Positions 37,441 to 48,395 of a DNA stretch of 64,000 nucleotides are shown piece after piece. A program made the translations under genes and the position numbers. The stretch comes from Candidatus Micrarchaeota archaeon (GTDB lineage Archaea; Micrarchaeota; Micrarchaeia; Anstonellales; Bilamarchaeaceae). The notes beneath the pieces were generated by a model that saw only the letters and a list, made by a program, of their open reading frames with translations, ran no database searches and was not told where the DNA came from. How positions within the stretch are numbered: position 1 is the stretch's first letter; each line of letters begins with the position of its first letter. The stretch is from NCBI GenBank assembly GCA_038046765.1, contig JBBSVN010000012.1, forward strand, positions 57,025 to 121,024, read 5' to 3'.

Positions 37441-38520
37441 ATGGCGATTCACAGAAGCGATAAAGATAACGGATCCGTTCCATCAGCTTTAGCTAAGGGA
37501 CAAATTGAAAAAGGAGGAAAATCAGCAATAGTTCGATTAAGAAATGAACTAAGTGCTAGCAGGGATTTACTTATTGAAGAAAGTGCTAATCTATCCGGAA
37601 GGATAAATGAATCTAGAAAAGCATTAAATGAATCCCAAGAAAGGCTTGATTTAATTAAATCCAAAAAGGACATGGAAGCAAAACTTGCAACACTAAAGGA
37701 AAAACAAAGACAACTAAGCGAAAGAATTAACGAAATTTATAGTGGAATTGCAGAAGCTTTTGGGATTATTAATATCTTTAAATGCGTCGCAGACGGAAGA
37801 GTTGATCTAATTATTCAAAGCGGAAAAGAAGACATTATAAAAGCAATTCAGATGATTAATTCTGCACTTGCAGGACATATGTATGCTGGTGGGGATTATG
37901 AAATTAAAAATTTAAATGGTGACATAAGATTCATACGGGGGGGTATTTTAACTAATTATTGCACCCTACTTCAAAATGCATTATCACAAGCATCGAATTC
38001 AGAGTCTAAGCAAGCTGCTCTTCAAAGAAAATTACGGGAACATTCTACTTATCTAAGCCTTTTCGCAGAATTTGAATCAGTTAAAAGAGAAGGTCTTGAA
38101 ATAGAATCCAAACTTGCAGCCTTTACTACTTATGCTTTAGAATGGCAAAGAATAACGGGAGTAGATAAAACAGAAAAAACATTTTCTTTAATTGAAAGAA
38201 TCACTAAAGCAGGAGGTATTGTCGCTGCATTTGCTGCAATTCCAGCTGCTTTTCTTGGGAGTATCGAACTTGGTGCAACTATTGCAGCTGCTGCCGGGCT
38301 AGTACCTTTAGCTACAAAACTATCTATTAAATCTCTTCGTCCAAATCCAAATCTCTTACTTGAAGAAACAGAACTTGCGCTTAGAAGTATTTCTGAAAAG
38401 CAGGTTAAAGAACTAAGAGAAGCAATCAAAGATTTAAGTGAACAAAAACGAGCACAAGTTGAAGCACTAATTTCTGAAGAAAGGTCATTACGAGAATTAA
38501 GCGATGGAAAAGCGGAATAA
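37441..38520 (+). CDS. Hypothetical coiled-coil protein with C-terminal hydrophobic hairpin
   Basis: Long ORF; heptad-rich; A/G-rich hydrophobic segment at about residues 255-290. Confidence 0.55.
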   Translation: MAIHRSDKDNGSVPSALAKGQIEKGGKSAIVRLRNELSASRDLLIEESANLSGRINESRKALNESQERLDLIKSKKDMEAKLATLKEKQRQLSERINEIYSGIAEAFGIINIFKCVADGRVDLIIQSGKEDIIKAIQMINSALAGHMYAGGDYEIKNLNGDIRFIRGGILTNYCTLLQNALSQASNSESKQAALQRKLREHSTYLSLFAEFESVKREGLEIESKLAAFTTYALEWQRITGVDKTEKTFSLIERITKAGGIVAAFAAIPAAFLGSIELGATIAAAAGLVPLATKLSIKSLRPNPNLLLEETELALRSISEKQVKELREAIKDLSEQKRAQVEALISEERSLRELSDGKAE

Positions 38521-38567
38521 ACGAAAACCTTAAATAACACGTAATACACATATATTATGTGATAAAT

Positions 38568-38786
38568 ATGGTAAACCTAACATTAACCGTACCCTCTGAC
38601 TTAAAAAATCAGATGAACGAGTTTCCGGAAATAAACTGGAGCGAAGTAGCAAGACAATCAATTAGTTTAAAAATACAAGAGCTTTTACTCGTCCGTTCAA
38701 TACTAGCTAAAAGCCAGTTGACAGAAGATGATGCAATAAAAATAGGAGAAAAAATAAAGACTGCAATTGCAGAGAAACACAAGTAG
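38568..38786 (+). CDS. Putative RHH-type antitoxin
   Basis: MVNLTLTVPSDLK..FPEINWSEVARQSI; directly upstream of a PIN gene; paralog at 57808. Confidence 0.8.
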   Translation: MVNLTLTVPSDLKNQMNEFPEINWSEVARQSISLKIQELLLVRSILAKSQLTEDDAIKIGEKIKTAIAEKHK

Positions 38787-38795
38787 GCGAACATT

Positions 38796-39227
38796 GTGCA
38801 CCTTATCGTTGATACGAATATAATAATTTCTGCATTAATAAGAAGGGCAATAACCTATGAAATAATTAAAATAGGAAATTTACACATTTATGTTCCCGAG
38901 CATTCAATACAAGAAATCGAAAGAAACAAACAAGAAATAATCGATAAGATGAAAGTATCTGCTGACGAATTTCAAATTGTTCTTATTAGCCTTCTTTCTC
39001 ATGTTGAAATTATTCCTAGGGGGCAGTATTGTGAATTTGAAGAACAAGCAAAACAAGTTTGTCCACATTACAAGGATTTTACTTTTTTTGCGCTTGCCTT
39101 AGCTAAAGATTTGCCGCTTTGGACTAATGAAAAGAGACTTGCGCAACAGAGTCGTGTAACTGTTTATAATACTGGTCAAATAATTGAAAAGATTGGAAGA
39201 AATTTGTTTGTTAGACTTAATTTATGA
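38796..39227 (+). CDS. PIN-domain toxin
   Basis: LIVDTNIIISAL, PHYKDFTFFALAL, LWTNEK. Confidence 0.88.
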   Translation: MHLIVDTNIIISALIRRAITYEIIKIGNLHIYVPEHSIQEIERNKQEIIDKMKVSADEFQIVLISLLSHVEIIPRGQYCEFEEQAKQVCPHYKDFTFFALALAKDLPLWTNEKRLAQQSRVTVYNTGQIIEKIGRNLFVRLNL

Positions 39228-39231
39228 TTTG

Positions 39232-40737
39232 TCAGCTTTTAAAATCCAAAGTCCTTAATTTCCCGTATTTAGTTTCATAAACAGGAACCATTGCAGGCGT
39301 TGGTATATGTCCCTGCTTTACCTGATACTCTGTCTGGTCCTGAAATGTCCCGGAATTAATTACCAAAGTTCCACGATACGCAGTATAGCCATTCTTGTGC
39401 ACGTGTCCTGAGTGAAAAACATCCGGTTCATCTTCAATAACAAAGTAATCAATTTTTTCAGGTATGATCAGATTACCTGGGTAAATAGGAGATAAATGCC
39501 TTCTTTTTAAGTACTCTACCATAACTTTTTCAGGATGGGCATAACTTGCATTTGGTAAACATGCAATTAATGAATCCATACTTGTCCCATGGTAAATCAA
39601 ATGTTTTAATCCTTCGATATTTACTGTACTAGGATTTCCGATTCGGACAATTCGGTCATTTTTAATTAGGTCTTTTGGTATTGCTGGCATTGGTTCGCCA
39701 CGTCTTACTGCATCGTGATTTCCTGGTCCTACAATTACTTCGATATAATCAGGGACGCGCTCTAAAAAATCATCGAACATTTCATACTGTTTATAAATAT
39801 CTTTGATCGTAAGTTCTTTTTCCTGATTCGGATAAACACCTATCCCATCAACAATATCTCCTGCAACAACAACATATTTTACTTTGGACGCAATATCCTT
39901 TGCTTCGCCCTTTCCTTGGAGCCATTCAGTAAAATAGTCAAAATATTTACTAAGAAAGTATCTTGACCCATAATGAATATCACTTATATAAACAATTCCA
40001 AGGTCGTTTTCCGTGGTTTTGCGTTCGCGCATTACAGGTAAATCTGGCCACTCAACTTCTTCAGCTATTAAGAACGCCTCCATTGCCTTTCCAGTTATTG
40101 CAATAACATCATCTTTTAGGATGTATCCCACTTTATCCCATACCTTTTCTTTTGAATTATTATCTTTTCCGTGTTCTACATGGCTAGAATTTTTTGAAAT
40201 AATAACTTTAAATGTGCCAGTTAAATCTTCTACTTCAAGCATTACATTTCCTTTTTTTGTTTCACGTTTATCAAATACGCTAACAATGACCTTTACTTTC
40301 TGGTCTTTGTAATGCTTCAAATCTTTTAAGTCAACAATTGTTGTATGCCTGATACCGCCCCGAAGCATTTTCGCTAATTTTTCGTAGCGATCCCGAAAAT
40401 AAGATATAAAATCGCCAACTTCTCCTTTACTTCTTGATTTTCCTGTAACATCCCTAGTATGTGTTACCTGAATGTTTGAAGAATATTCCTTTGCAATTGG
40501 CTTAAAGAGCGGCTCTCTTAATATTTCCACTTTTACAGAATCAGCAGATAAATCAGAAGGTGCCTCCTTTGATATTTCAAGTTTATTTGTTTTATTTCTT
40601 ATCTCGTCTAAATCTTCTTTAGTAATAAATGATTTATTTAGTGCGACAACTTGTTCGATAAGTTTTTCGTCTTTTTTTATTTCTTCTTGAGCCTCCAGTG
40701 TAAATCTCACACCTTTCTCCAGAAGCTTCTGCATCAT
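39232..40737 (-). CDS. polB: DNA polymerase D small subunit DP1 (proofreading exonuclease)
   Basis: YFRDRY, OB fold, ISDIHYGS, GDIVDGIGVYP, PGNHD, YHGTS, GHVH, NSGTFQ. Confidence 0.96.
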   Translation of the reverse strand: MMQKLLEKGVRFTLEAQEEIKKDEKLIEQVVALNKSFITKEDLDEIRNKTNKLEISKEAPSDLSADSVKVEILREPLFKPIAKEYSSNIQVTHTRDVTGKSRSKGEVGDFISYFRDRYEKLAKMLRGGIRHTTIVDLKDLKHYKDQKVKVIVSVFDKRETKKGNVMLEVEDLTGTFKVIISKNSSHVEHGKDNNSKEKVWDKVGYILKDDVIAITGKAMEAFLIAEEVEWPDLPVMRERKTTENDLGIVYISDIHYGSRYFLSKYFDYFTEWLQGKGEAKDIASKVKYVVVAGDIVDGIGVYPNQEKELTIKDIYKQYEMFDDFLERVPDYIEVIVGPGNHDAVRRGEPMPAIPKDLIKNDRIVRIGNPSTVNIEGLKHLIYHGTSMDSLIACLPNASYAHPEKVMVEYLKRRHLSPIYPGNLIIPEKIDYFVIEDEPDVFHSGHVHKNGYTAYRGTLVINSGTFQDQTEYQVKQGHIPTPAMVPVYETKYGKLRTLDFKS

Positions 40738-40746
40738 AAATAAGAC

Positions 40747-40998
40747 CTACTTAACCTTGAGTGATTCAAGTGCGCTTATTACTCCCCAAATTTGCGTTCG
40801 TGCATGGGCAGGCATGTTTATATCTTCGCTTATTGACTCAATCAAGTATACTGCTGCGCTTGCCTTGACAATTTGTTCCTCATTGCTCTTAAGTCTTGTG
40901 CAAGCATCGTTTAATGCTTTTCTTATATTCTTTGGGATGCTATTATCTTCAGTAAGATTTTCGAGCATAGTTATAATTTCATTGACTTTTGGATCCAT
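40747..40998 (-). CDS. UPF0147 family protein
   Basis: DNSIPKNIR, EDINMPAHARTQIW. Confidence 0.9.
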   Translation of the reverse strand: MDPKVNEIITMLENLTEDNSIPKNIRKALNDACTRLKSNEEQIVKASAAVYLIESISEDINMPAHARTQIWGVISALESLKVK

Positions 40999-41314
40999 AC
41001 GAGCCACCTCTTTATTTGCAAAAGTAAATCCTGTTGAATTTTTTTATTTTTTAAATAATCAGTTTGTTATTAATTAGTCTGCTTTTTTTTAAATAGGTAT
41101 CTGTTAAGCAATGACAAGCTAATATATGCGCTTAAGAATTTCTGTTAGTCGATATAACTGCGTTGCGTTTTTCCATATGACGAATACTTTAAACGAGTCA
41201 CGCTAAAATAAAAAGTAAGTTTGTTGCTTGTAGCGGAAAGTTTTTTTAAGCGCTTAAGTTAACCCTGATAGAATAATCACTAGTATTTAGAACCTAACTA
41301 GCTATTCTTTATTT

Positions 41315-42763
41315 ATGTTAAAATTCTACGATTCCTACTCTAAAACATTAATCGAATTTAATTACACTGGCCAAATAAATATGTATGTTTGCGGTTTGAC
41401 TCCTTACGATAAAGCACATGTTGGCCACTTAAGAACCTGTCTTGCTTTTGACTCAATCAAGCGTTTACTAATTAAAAGCGGGCTTGAAGTTCAACATATT
41501 CAAAATATCACTGATGTTGATGATAAGATAATCAAGCGTTGCAAAGAAACTGGTACAGACCCAAAAGTACTCACAGAAACTAATCACAATGAAGCTTTAG
41601 AAATGTTTGACAAAGTTGGAATTATTCGGGCAGATGTTTATCCTAAAGTTACTCTTCATATAAAAGAAATTATCGAAATAATTCAAAAACTCATAAAAAA
41701 TGGTTATGCATACCAAACAAAATCCGGAGTATACTATATTGTTGGCAAATTCTTAAAATATGGCAAATTAAGCGGTCAAAATCTAGATGAGGTAAAGGAT
41801 GGCTCTAGGTTAGAAGTGGATGAAACAAAGTACAATCCTGAAGATTTTGCCTTATGGAAAAATACATCCGGCGAAATAATCGAGTTTGATTCTCCGTGGG
41901 GTACTGGCAGGCCTGGGTGGCATATTGAATGCAGTGCAATGGCAGGTAAATATGCAAAAAAACTTCACATTCATGGTGGGGCTAGGGATTTAATTTTTCC
42001 GCATCATGAAAACGAGATTGCACAAAGCGAAGGCGCAACAAATGAAAAATTTGCAGAATTATGGCTTCACACTGGTTTTCTTACTGTTGATGGGGAGAAA
42101 ATGAGTAAAAGCCTTGGAAATTTTATTACTATTGATAAAATTGTAAATAAATTTAGTAAAAATGCAATTCGGTTTTTTATGTTAAATTCTCATTATCGGA
42201 GCCCTGTTGATTATAACGAAGCACAACTTGAAGCTGCGAGTGAAAGTGTTGAGCGCATACTAAACTCTATCGGACTTTTAAGAGAAGAACTTAAAGTTAA
42301 ACTAAATGGGCCAGATGCAAATTTTAAACAAGAAACAAACGATCTAGTAAAAGAAATCTGGAGCTATCTTCGAAATGATTTTGATACTCCTAATGCATTA
42401 GCTAAACTATTTGACCTTGTGCGCGTTATAAATAAGCATGTTTCGAAAGAAAAAATTGATCACGCACAGCTTCTTCTTCTTGATAGCGGACTACAAAATA
42501 TTTTGTGGGTATTTGGTTTTGAAGAGGAGAATAAACTATCGGGTTTAGACTCTAAAAAATCAGAACTGGAAGAAATAATTAAGGAGTTTGGTCTAAAAAC
42601 AAAATCAAAACCAGACGAAATGATCGAAAGTTTAATTGAACTTCGGATCGATGCTCGAGCTAAAAAGGATTATAAAAAGAGTGACCTGATTCGCTCTAAA
42701 TTAAAGGAAATTGGAATTATTATAGAAGATTCTAGCTCTGGGCAAAGATGGAAGGTTGAATGA
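41315..42763 (+). CDS. cysS: Cysteine-tRNA ligase
   Basis: CGLTPYDKAHVGH, NITDVDDKII, GRPGWHIECS, FPHHENE, KMSKS. Confidence 0.97.
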   Translation: MLKFYDSYSKTLIEFNYTGQINMYVCGLTPYDKAHVGHLRTCLAFDSIKRLLIKSGLEVQHIQNITDVDDKIIKRCKETGTDPKVLTETNHNEALEMFDKVGIIRADVYPKVTLHIKEIIEIIQKLIKNGYAYQTKSGVYYIVGKFLKYGKLSGQNLDEVKDGSRLEVDETKYNPEDFALWKNTSGEIIEFDSPWGTGRPGWHIECSAMAGKYAKKLHIHGGARDLIFPHHENEIAQSEGATNEKFAELWLHTGFLTVDGEKMSKSLGNFITIDKIVNKFSKNAIRFFMLNSHYRSPVDYNEAQLEAASESVERILNSIGLLREELKVKLNGPDANFKQETNDLVKEIWSYLRNDFDTPNALAKLFDLVRVINKHVSKEKIDHAQLLLLDSGLQNILWVFGFEEENKLSGLDSKKSELEEIIKEFGLKTKSKPDEMIESLIELRIDARAKKDYKKSDLIRSKLKEIGIIIEDSSSGQRWKVE

Positions 42764-42765
42764 GA

Positions 42766-43686
42766 TTATTCCAATACACTTATTGTAAACTTTCCCCCTT
42801 TTAATATTCTAAGTGCATAAATAAATTCTTCCTTTATTTGGGGGTCACTTTCTTCTCTTATTGCCTTCCCTAAAGCTTCTAAAATCTCATTCGTTCTCTT
42901 ATTTATTATAATTAATGCTCTTGCAGAAGTTTCTCTTACTCTATCAGAAGATTCTAGTTTAGGGTCTAGTTTTTCCAGTAATTTTGGAATAGCTATCTCT
43001 GCTCTTAGTGTCCCCAATGCTACGACTGCATTTAGTCTAACTTGGATTCTTTCATTTTGTAACTCTCCTATGATCAAAGGCACTGCTTTTTTGTCGTCTA
43101 ATTTTGCGAAGTAGCCAATAATACTCTGCTTGATACTATCTGGTAACGTTCCGAATAAATTTCTAAGGACTTCGCAAGCTTGAGATCGAAGTTCTTGATC
43201 TTTATAACTGATATTCCCAAGAATCTCTGCTCCAAGGTCATCAAAATTTCTACTTTCTTTTAGTAATTTTAAAATATTTGGAACTGCTTTTTCATCCTTT
43301 AAAGATTTCAAAATTATCAAAGCAAATTGTTTTGCTTCAATTGTACATTCTTGCGAATCAATAACTCTGCAAAGAATCGGGATTGTTGTTTCTTTTGGTT
43401 GATCTAATATATATTTTCTTCTATGCTCGAAATTATAATTTTGAAAACCCAACATAATAAACTGGTATATATCTTGCGCAGTTTCAAAATCTTTAGCAGC
43501 ATTAATCGATATGCCTGCTGATAATAAACCTCTCATTTGTACCATGGCAAAAGGATCATAAATATCCATTGCATTTTTTGCTCTTGTCAGGATAAGTCTC
43601 AAATAACGTGAAACTAATAGTTGATCTCTACCTTCGCCTAGTTTTTGTTCTACTCGACTTACTGTTGCTCTTGTAACCGTAACCAT
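42766..43686 (-). CDS. HEAT/PBS-lyase repeat protein
   Basis: Repeats such as KAVPNILKLL, KAVPLIIGEL..VRLNAVVALG, AIPKLLEKL..VRETSARAL. Confidence 0.8.
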   Translation of the reverse strand: MVTVTRATVSRVEQKLGEGRDQLLVSRYLRLILTRAKNAMDIYDPFAMVQMRGLLSAGISINAAKDFETAQDIYQFIMLGFQNYNFEHRRKYILDQPKETTIPILCRVIDSQECTIEAKQFALIILKSLKDEKAVPNILKLLKESRNFDDLGAEILGNISYKDQELRSQACEVLRNLFGTLPDSIKQSIIGYFAKLDDKKAVPLIIGELQNERIQVRLNAVVALGTLRAEIAIPKLLEKLDPKLESSDRVRETSARALIIINKRTNEILEALGKAIREESDPQIKEEFIYALRILKGGKFTISVLE

Positions 43687-43767
43687 TTTTTCACCATTAT
43701 AAATTATACACATAACTATAGTAAAACTAACATTTTAAAAATAGTAACGCTACGCTAGATTCCTAAA

Positions 43768-44478
43768 TCATTTCCTATAATTAACTGCTCTATCCGTCCT
43801 TCTTATATTAAGCGTTGCCTCGGCATTTGAAATTGCCCATAAAACAAGTGTTCTAAAAAATCCCTTTTCTTTAAATCTTCTATCGCTAAATCTTACCTTT
43901 AATATAAAATCGTAAACTGCTTTTTTTGGTCTAAGTCTTAATGCCATATCGCCATCTTCTGCAATTAAGTTCCTATAACCGCCCGCGTTTAGAAATACTC
44001 TTTTTAAGAATGCAGAATTATTACTTGGAACCCAGCAGTTTCCAATTGTCTTATATATGAAAAGTCCCCATAAATGAATTATCCACGTGTACGAATTATA
44101 CATGATATTCTCGATTAAATTATCATATTTGTATGTGTCAAGTCCTCCAACTACTTCGACATTCGGGTCGTTAAAATGCGTTTTAATCCTAGAAACCCAG
44201 AAATCCGGCGGTTCAGTATCCGCATCTAAAAATGCTACAACAGGGTTACTTGCGCTTTTAGCTCCGAGCGTTCTTGCTGGTCCAATTCCAAGTTTTGCCA
44301 TTGAAATAATTCGGGCTCCGTTTTTAGCTGATATTCTTGCAGTATCATCAGTACTCTGGCTATCTACTATAATAATTTCGTCATCCTTAGCAATTTGCTT
44401 AGCTAGTACTGGCAGTAGTCGTGAAAGATTTTTTTCTTCATTATATGCTGGGATTATGATGCTGATCGAAGTCATCAA
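43768..44478 (-). CDS. Glycosyltransferase family 2
   Basis: IIIPAYNEE, IVDSQSTD, FLDAD, AEDGD. Confidence 0.92.
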   Translation of the reverse strand: MMTSISIIIPAYNEEKNLSRLLPVLAKQIAKDDEIIIVDSQSTDDTARISAKNGARIISMAKLGIGPARTLGAKSASNPVVAFLDADTEPPDFWVSRIKTHFNDPNVEVVGGLDTYKYDNLIENIMYNSYTWIIHLWGLFIYKTIGNCWVPSNNSAFLKRVFLNAGGYRNLIAEDGDMALRLRPKKAVYDFILKVRFSDRRFKEKGFFRTLVLWAISNAEATLNIRRTDRAVNYRK

Positions 44479-44495
44479 ATACTAACCATGCTTAC

Positions 44496-45467
44496 TTAGT
44501 TTATTAAGTTTTCTATTTGGATTTTTAAAACATCTATGTAATTATTCTTACTTGCTGTCTTCTTATAAAGTTCAAGTTTTCGTTTGTCTGAGAGCTTTAC
44601 GTATTTTATTGCCAAATCAATCGTTGTACGATTTAACTCCTTCGGATTCAAAATTACTCCTAGGGATTTGTTTTCAAGCATTTTTGCATTGTTATATCTT
44701 TCAGGATAGCTCTCATCTGTTATACATACGACTGGTTTACCATAAGAGAGTGCTTCCATAATTGTCGTGTGCCCTCCGTGACAGATTACTGCATCGCAAT
44801 TCTCATAATACGGTTTTATATTGAAATTATTTTTTCCATAAATTGCATCATCGTCAAGAATCTCGCTTATTGGTTTTTCTATTCCGCCACCAGCTACGAG
44901 ATAATTTTTATCGTGCTCTTTTTGTTTTGTTTTTTCTATAAATGGTCCTGCATAAACTAAATCTAACCTTTGATCTAAATTAATCGATGTAATCGTAAGC
45001 GGTGGCGGGAAATCTGGGACAATTATCTTACTTGGAATCGAAAGAATATTGCTAAGCATCGATCGTGCAATTGTCTTTTGTATGCTTCCGTTTACCCCAA
45101 CCAAAGATGAGGTATCATTAGTTATAAATAAACATTTTTTGTTTAACATTTTGCATAAAGCTAAACCGATTGGAGATCCATCTACAATTACAAAATCTAC
45201 TTTTGTAAAATTTTCTTTAATCATATTTAATGTTTCTGTGTCTAGCAACTTTATCAGTTGTGTGTAGTTTGTTACGATTTTCGTTTTTCTCTCATTTACT
45301 TGTATAGAATATAAATTAGGAAGTTCAACATACTTTACTGCATTATTTTTACAAAATTCTGCACCTTTGCCAAAAGTCATTATTGGTATGTCAAAATACT
45401 CTGAAACTGCCTTTTCCCTTGAAGCATGCCCGTAACCATTGCCTTCTGCAAAAATAATCCCTTTCAT
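44496..45467 (-). CDS. GT-B glycosyltransferase (GT28 C-terminal/MJ1255-like)
   Basis: GNGYGHASR, VPDFPPP, ICHGGHTTIMEALSYGKP, ERYNNA. Confidence 0.8.
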   Translation of the reverse strand: MKGIIFAEGNGYGHASREKAVSEYFDIPIMTFGKGAEFCKNNAVKYVELPNLYSIQVNERKTKIVTNYTQLIKLLDTETLNMIKENFTKVDFVIVDGSPIGLALCKMLNKKCLFITNDTSSLVGVNGSIQKTIARSMLSNILSIPSKIIVPDFPPPLTITSINLDQRLDLVYAGPFIEKTKQKEHDKNYLVAGGGIEKPISEILDDDAIYGKNNFNIKPYYENCDAVICHGGHTTIMEALSYGKPVVCITDESYPERYNNAKMLENKSLGVILNPKELNRTTIDLAIKYVKLSDKRKLELYKKTASKNNYIDVLKIQIENLIN

Positions 45468-46088
45468 TTAATCCCTTCTAAGAGAACTTACCTTACCGTT
45501 AATAATTTTGTATTCTCCTTTAGAAAAATTATCAATAATCTTCTTGTACTGCTTATGTTCTTCGTTTAGTATTTTTTGTGTAACTTCATCTGCGTTTTTG
45601 CAATCGCTTATATCCACTTCTTTTTGCAAGATTATTGGACCACTATCTAAACCCGCATCAACAAAATGAATCGTTAAACCTGAAATCTTTTCCCCCGCTT
45701 TAAATGCCTGTTCTTGTGCATCTTCTCCAGGGTATTTTGGGAGTAAAGATGGATGGATATTAATTATTCTATTTTTGTATTTTTCAAGAAGTTCCTTTGA
45801 TTTTATTAGTAGCATGTAACCGGCTAAAACTACTAAGTCGACCTTGTACGAATCAAGAATTTCTTTAAGTTTTAAATCAAATTGCGTTCGTTTAGCAAAG
45901 TTTTTTCTTTCAATAATTTCACATGGAATCTTGTATTCTTTAGCAATGCTTACTGCCCCCGCTTCGGGTCTATTCGTAATCATTACCTTTATTTCTGCGT
46001 TTATTTCGCCATTTTTTACAGCCTTAGCTATCTCTTCAAAATTACTTCCTCTTCCGCTTGCTAGAATTGCGATTTTTAGTTTTGGCAT
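45468..46088 (-). CDS. purN: Phosphoribosylglycinamide formyltransferase
   Basis: ASGRGSN, LAGYM, NIHPSLLP, HFVDAGLDSGPI. Confidence 0.95.
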   Translation of the reverse strand: MPKLKIAILASGRGSNFEEIAKAVKNGEINAEIKVMITNRPEAGAVSIAKEYKIPCEIIERKNFAKRTQFDLKLKEILDSYKVDLVVLAGYMLLIKSKELLEKYKNRIINIHPSLLPKYPGEDAQEQAFKAGEKISGLTIHFVDAGLDSGPIILQKEVDISDCKNADEVTQKILNEEHKQYKKIIDNFSKGEYKIINGKVSSLRRD

Positions 46089-46212
46089 AATTATGACCTT
46101 TTAACTAAATTATTAAAGTCCGTTGAACTTATTAATATTTACGTGACTAAATGATGATACACATACAAATCAATATCTGGTGATATTTCTGTCTGAGCCT
46201 AAAAACGTATTT

Positions 46213-46566
46213 ATGAACATCAAGGATATTCGCACTAAGATCTATACTTTTACCCAAGAGGATTATATTCAATTTGAGAAAAATTTAATTGGCACTGAAT
46301 TTAAACCAGGTCCTTATAAAAAAGTTACTGAAGTTAGTGGTGTTTCTTTATTTCAAGATCGAAAAACTGGTAAAATTAGCGTAACTGTTGAAGCTCCTTT
46401 AATGAATCCAATTGATCGTGAACATAGAATTCCTGTCATGTTTAAGTTCAATCAGTCTCCTTCAAAGAAAGATTTGTTAGAAATTGATAAATTAGTTGGC
46501 GAAACAGGTAACTCCTCTAAAATAAAACCAGCTGGAGCTGTAATCCTTAAGCCTCAAACAATTTAA
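46213..46566 (+). CDS. Hypothetical protein
   Basis: Fills an intergenic gap with plausible coding composition; no motif recognised. Confidence 0.45.
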   Translation: MNIKDIRTKIYTFTQEDYIQFEKNLIGTEFKPGPYKKVTEVSGVSLFQDRKTGKISVTVEAPLMNPIDREHRIPVMFKFNQSPSKKDLLEIDKLVGETGNSSKIKPAGAVILKPQTI

Positions 46567-46607
46567 TTTTATAAAAGCATTAAAATTTTTCCTACTATAA
46601 TTTGTGC

Positions 46608-47174
46608 ATGCCAAAATCAGTTTCTATAAACGGTGAAGAATTTTCCGTTGAATACCTATACACTCATAACAAAAATGCAATTGCCAGTGTCAAAGAAAAA
46701 ACTATTTTTATAAAACTTCCAATAAGATGGCCTGAAAAACAAAGATGGGAAGCCGCAGAGACTTTAGAGCGTCGAATAACAAAGAAACTTGCAAAAAGAA
46801 AAATCAAATCTACTTTGAAGGCAGTGCCAGAAATTAATGATGAAGATAAGTTTAGGCTTAAGTGCGAATTTCTTAATGTTGTTGATGTAAGGCTTGGTGA
46901 ATTAAATAACCTTTATTTTCAGTCTCAACTAGGGCGAATTTCAGTAAGACACAACACCAGCAAATGGGGGAGTTGTTCTAAGGAGAACAATATTTCGATA
47001 AATTTTGCATTACACTTTCTACCCAAGGAACTATTAGATTATGTATTAGTTCATGAACTAGCTCATACAAAACAAAGAAATCACAGCTCTCGTTTTTGGG
47101 ATATTGTGGCTAGGATAATTCCGGATTATAAAATTAAACGAAAAGAACTAAGGAAATATAGTTTGGGAAACTAG
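46608..47174 (+). CDS. YgjP/DUF45-like metallopeptidase
   Basis: SKWGSCS, DYVLVHELAH, NHSSRFW. Confidence 0.9.
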   Translation: MPKSVSINGEEFSVEYLYTHNKNAIASVKEKTIFIKLPIRWPEKQRWEAAETLERRITKKLAKRKIKSTLKAVPEINDEDKFRLKCEFLNVVDVRLGELNNLYFQSQLGRISVRHNTSKWGSCSKENNISINFALHFLPKELLDYVLVHELAHTKQRNHSSRFWDIVARIIPDYKIKRKELRKYSLGN

Positions 47175-48316
47175 TTGATTTCGAGTTTTTTTTGTAGCCA
47201 GTAACCGAATAATGGGTCAACAAGATAATAAATTCCTCTTGACTCTTTAGATACCGTATCTTGTTCTAATAAAATGGAAATATACCTTCCAATCGTAGTA
47301 GTTGGTTCATTAAGTTCATTTGAAATCTCCGTTAAGGATTTGTTTTTTTTACATAATGCCAAAACGATTGCCTTTTCTGTCTCGTTAAGTTTCTCAAACT
47401 CCTCTTTAAAATAAAGATCCCCTTCCTGATTTATAAAATTTTTTATTGCTTCATCGAGGCTGCTCGAATAATATGTAGCTCTTCCAATAAATTGCAGGTA
47501 GAATGGAATTCCACCCGTTAGCATGTACAGTTTGTTCGTATCACTATCGTTTAGTTTTATTTTATACTCACTTAAAAAATCATAAGTCTCTTCTTTTGTA
47601 AATGGCAGTATATGCATCGGAACTAATTGCTTATAAAAAGGTGAGTTTTCAAGAAGGGCTACTGCTTCAAGTGTTTTTCGTATTGAGCCTGAAATGATTA
47701 AAGAAGTTTTTTTTTGTAATTCATACTGCGTTCTTAACATCTTTACAATCTGCAGTCCGTTTTCTATTTTTAAGATCTCCGGAAATTCATCTAGCATTAA
47801 AATGCATTTTGTTGAAGTTGCCTTTGCCATAACTTCAGCTAGGTTAAAGGCATCTCTGACCCGTTCTGAATCTGTTTTTTCTTTTTCTTTATTTTCTAGT
47901 AATATTTTTATATGTTCCAGAACGGTTGCTTCAATTTTCGTGTTTTTTAATAATTCTGAAATTATTTCAATTGGTGTTTCTAATAATTTTTTTATTTGTG
48001 CTTTTAATGGCAAGATGCCTTTTTTCTGGTATGCCTCAAGGATAGAAGAAACTAACTCTTCTGTGAGCGTTTTGCTAGATAGGTCAATAAGATCGTAAAA
48101 AGACAGATAAACTACTACTAGTTCTTTTTTTTGTTCTAAGAGTTGTTTTATTTCCATTAATATTGATGTTTTACCTACTCTTCTTCTACCATAGATACAA
48201 AAACCTACATGAGAGTTAGTATTGCTTAGCTCGTTCTTTAGTTGATTTAAAAAAGGTTTTCTTCCGATAAACAAATCTCCTACAACCGGAGTAAGGGTAA
48301 ATTTAGTGTTTGCCAT
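47171..48316 (-). CDS. Archaeal ATPase (STAND-like) with C-terminal wHTH
   Basis: FIGRK, YGRRRVGKTS, LDEFP, ISGS, TGGIPFYL, DPLFGYWL; start taken at ATG 48316. Confidence 0.88.
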   Translation of the reverse strand: MANTKFTLTPVVGDLFIGRKPFLNQLKNELSNTNSHVGFCIYGRRRVGKTSILMEIKQLLEQKKELVVVYLSFYDLIDLSSKTLTEELVSSILEAYQKKGILPLKAQIKKLLETPIEIISELLKNTKIEATVLEHIKILLENKEKEKTDSERVRDAFNLAEVMAKATSTKCILMLDEFPEILKIENGLQIVKMLRTQYELQKKTSLIISGSIRKTLEAVALLENSPFYKQLVPMHILPFTKEETYDFLSEYKIKLNDSDTNKLYMLTGGIPFYLQFIGRATYYSSSLDEAIKNFINQEGDLYFKEEFEKLNETEKAIVLALCKKNKSLTEISNELNEPTTTIGRYISILLEQDTVSKESRGIYYLVDPLFGYWLQKKLEIN

Positions 48317-48395
48317 AAAAAGATTATAACAAAAGTTATTATAAACTTTTGTATAATAAAAACTATAATTTATTTTATAATAATTTTTTGTATAA

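Noticed and set aside
41008..41314. Palindrome TTAAGCGCTTAA and repeated GCGCTTAAG in the divergent cysS promoter region
   Set aside because: Short and compatible with chance in AT-rich DNA; no further support.
46151..46196. Second possible C/D sRNA (ATGATGA ... CTGA)
   Set aside because: No terminal stem, short spacing, no convincing D'/C' boxes, and it lies in the 5' region of an ORF.
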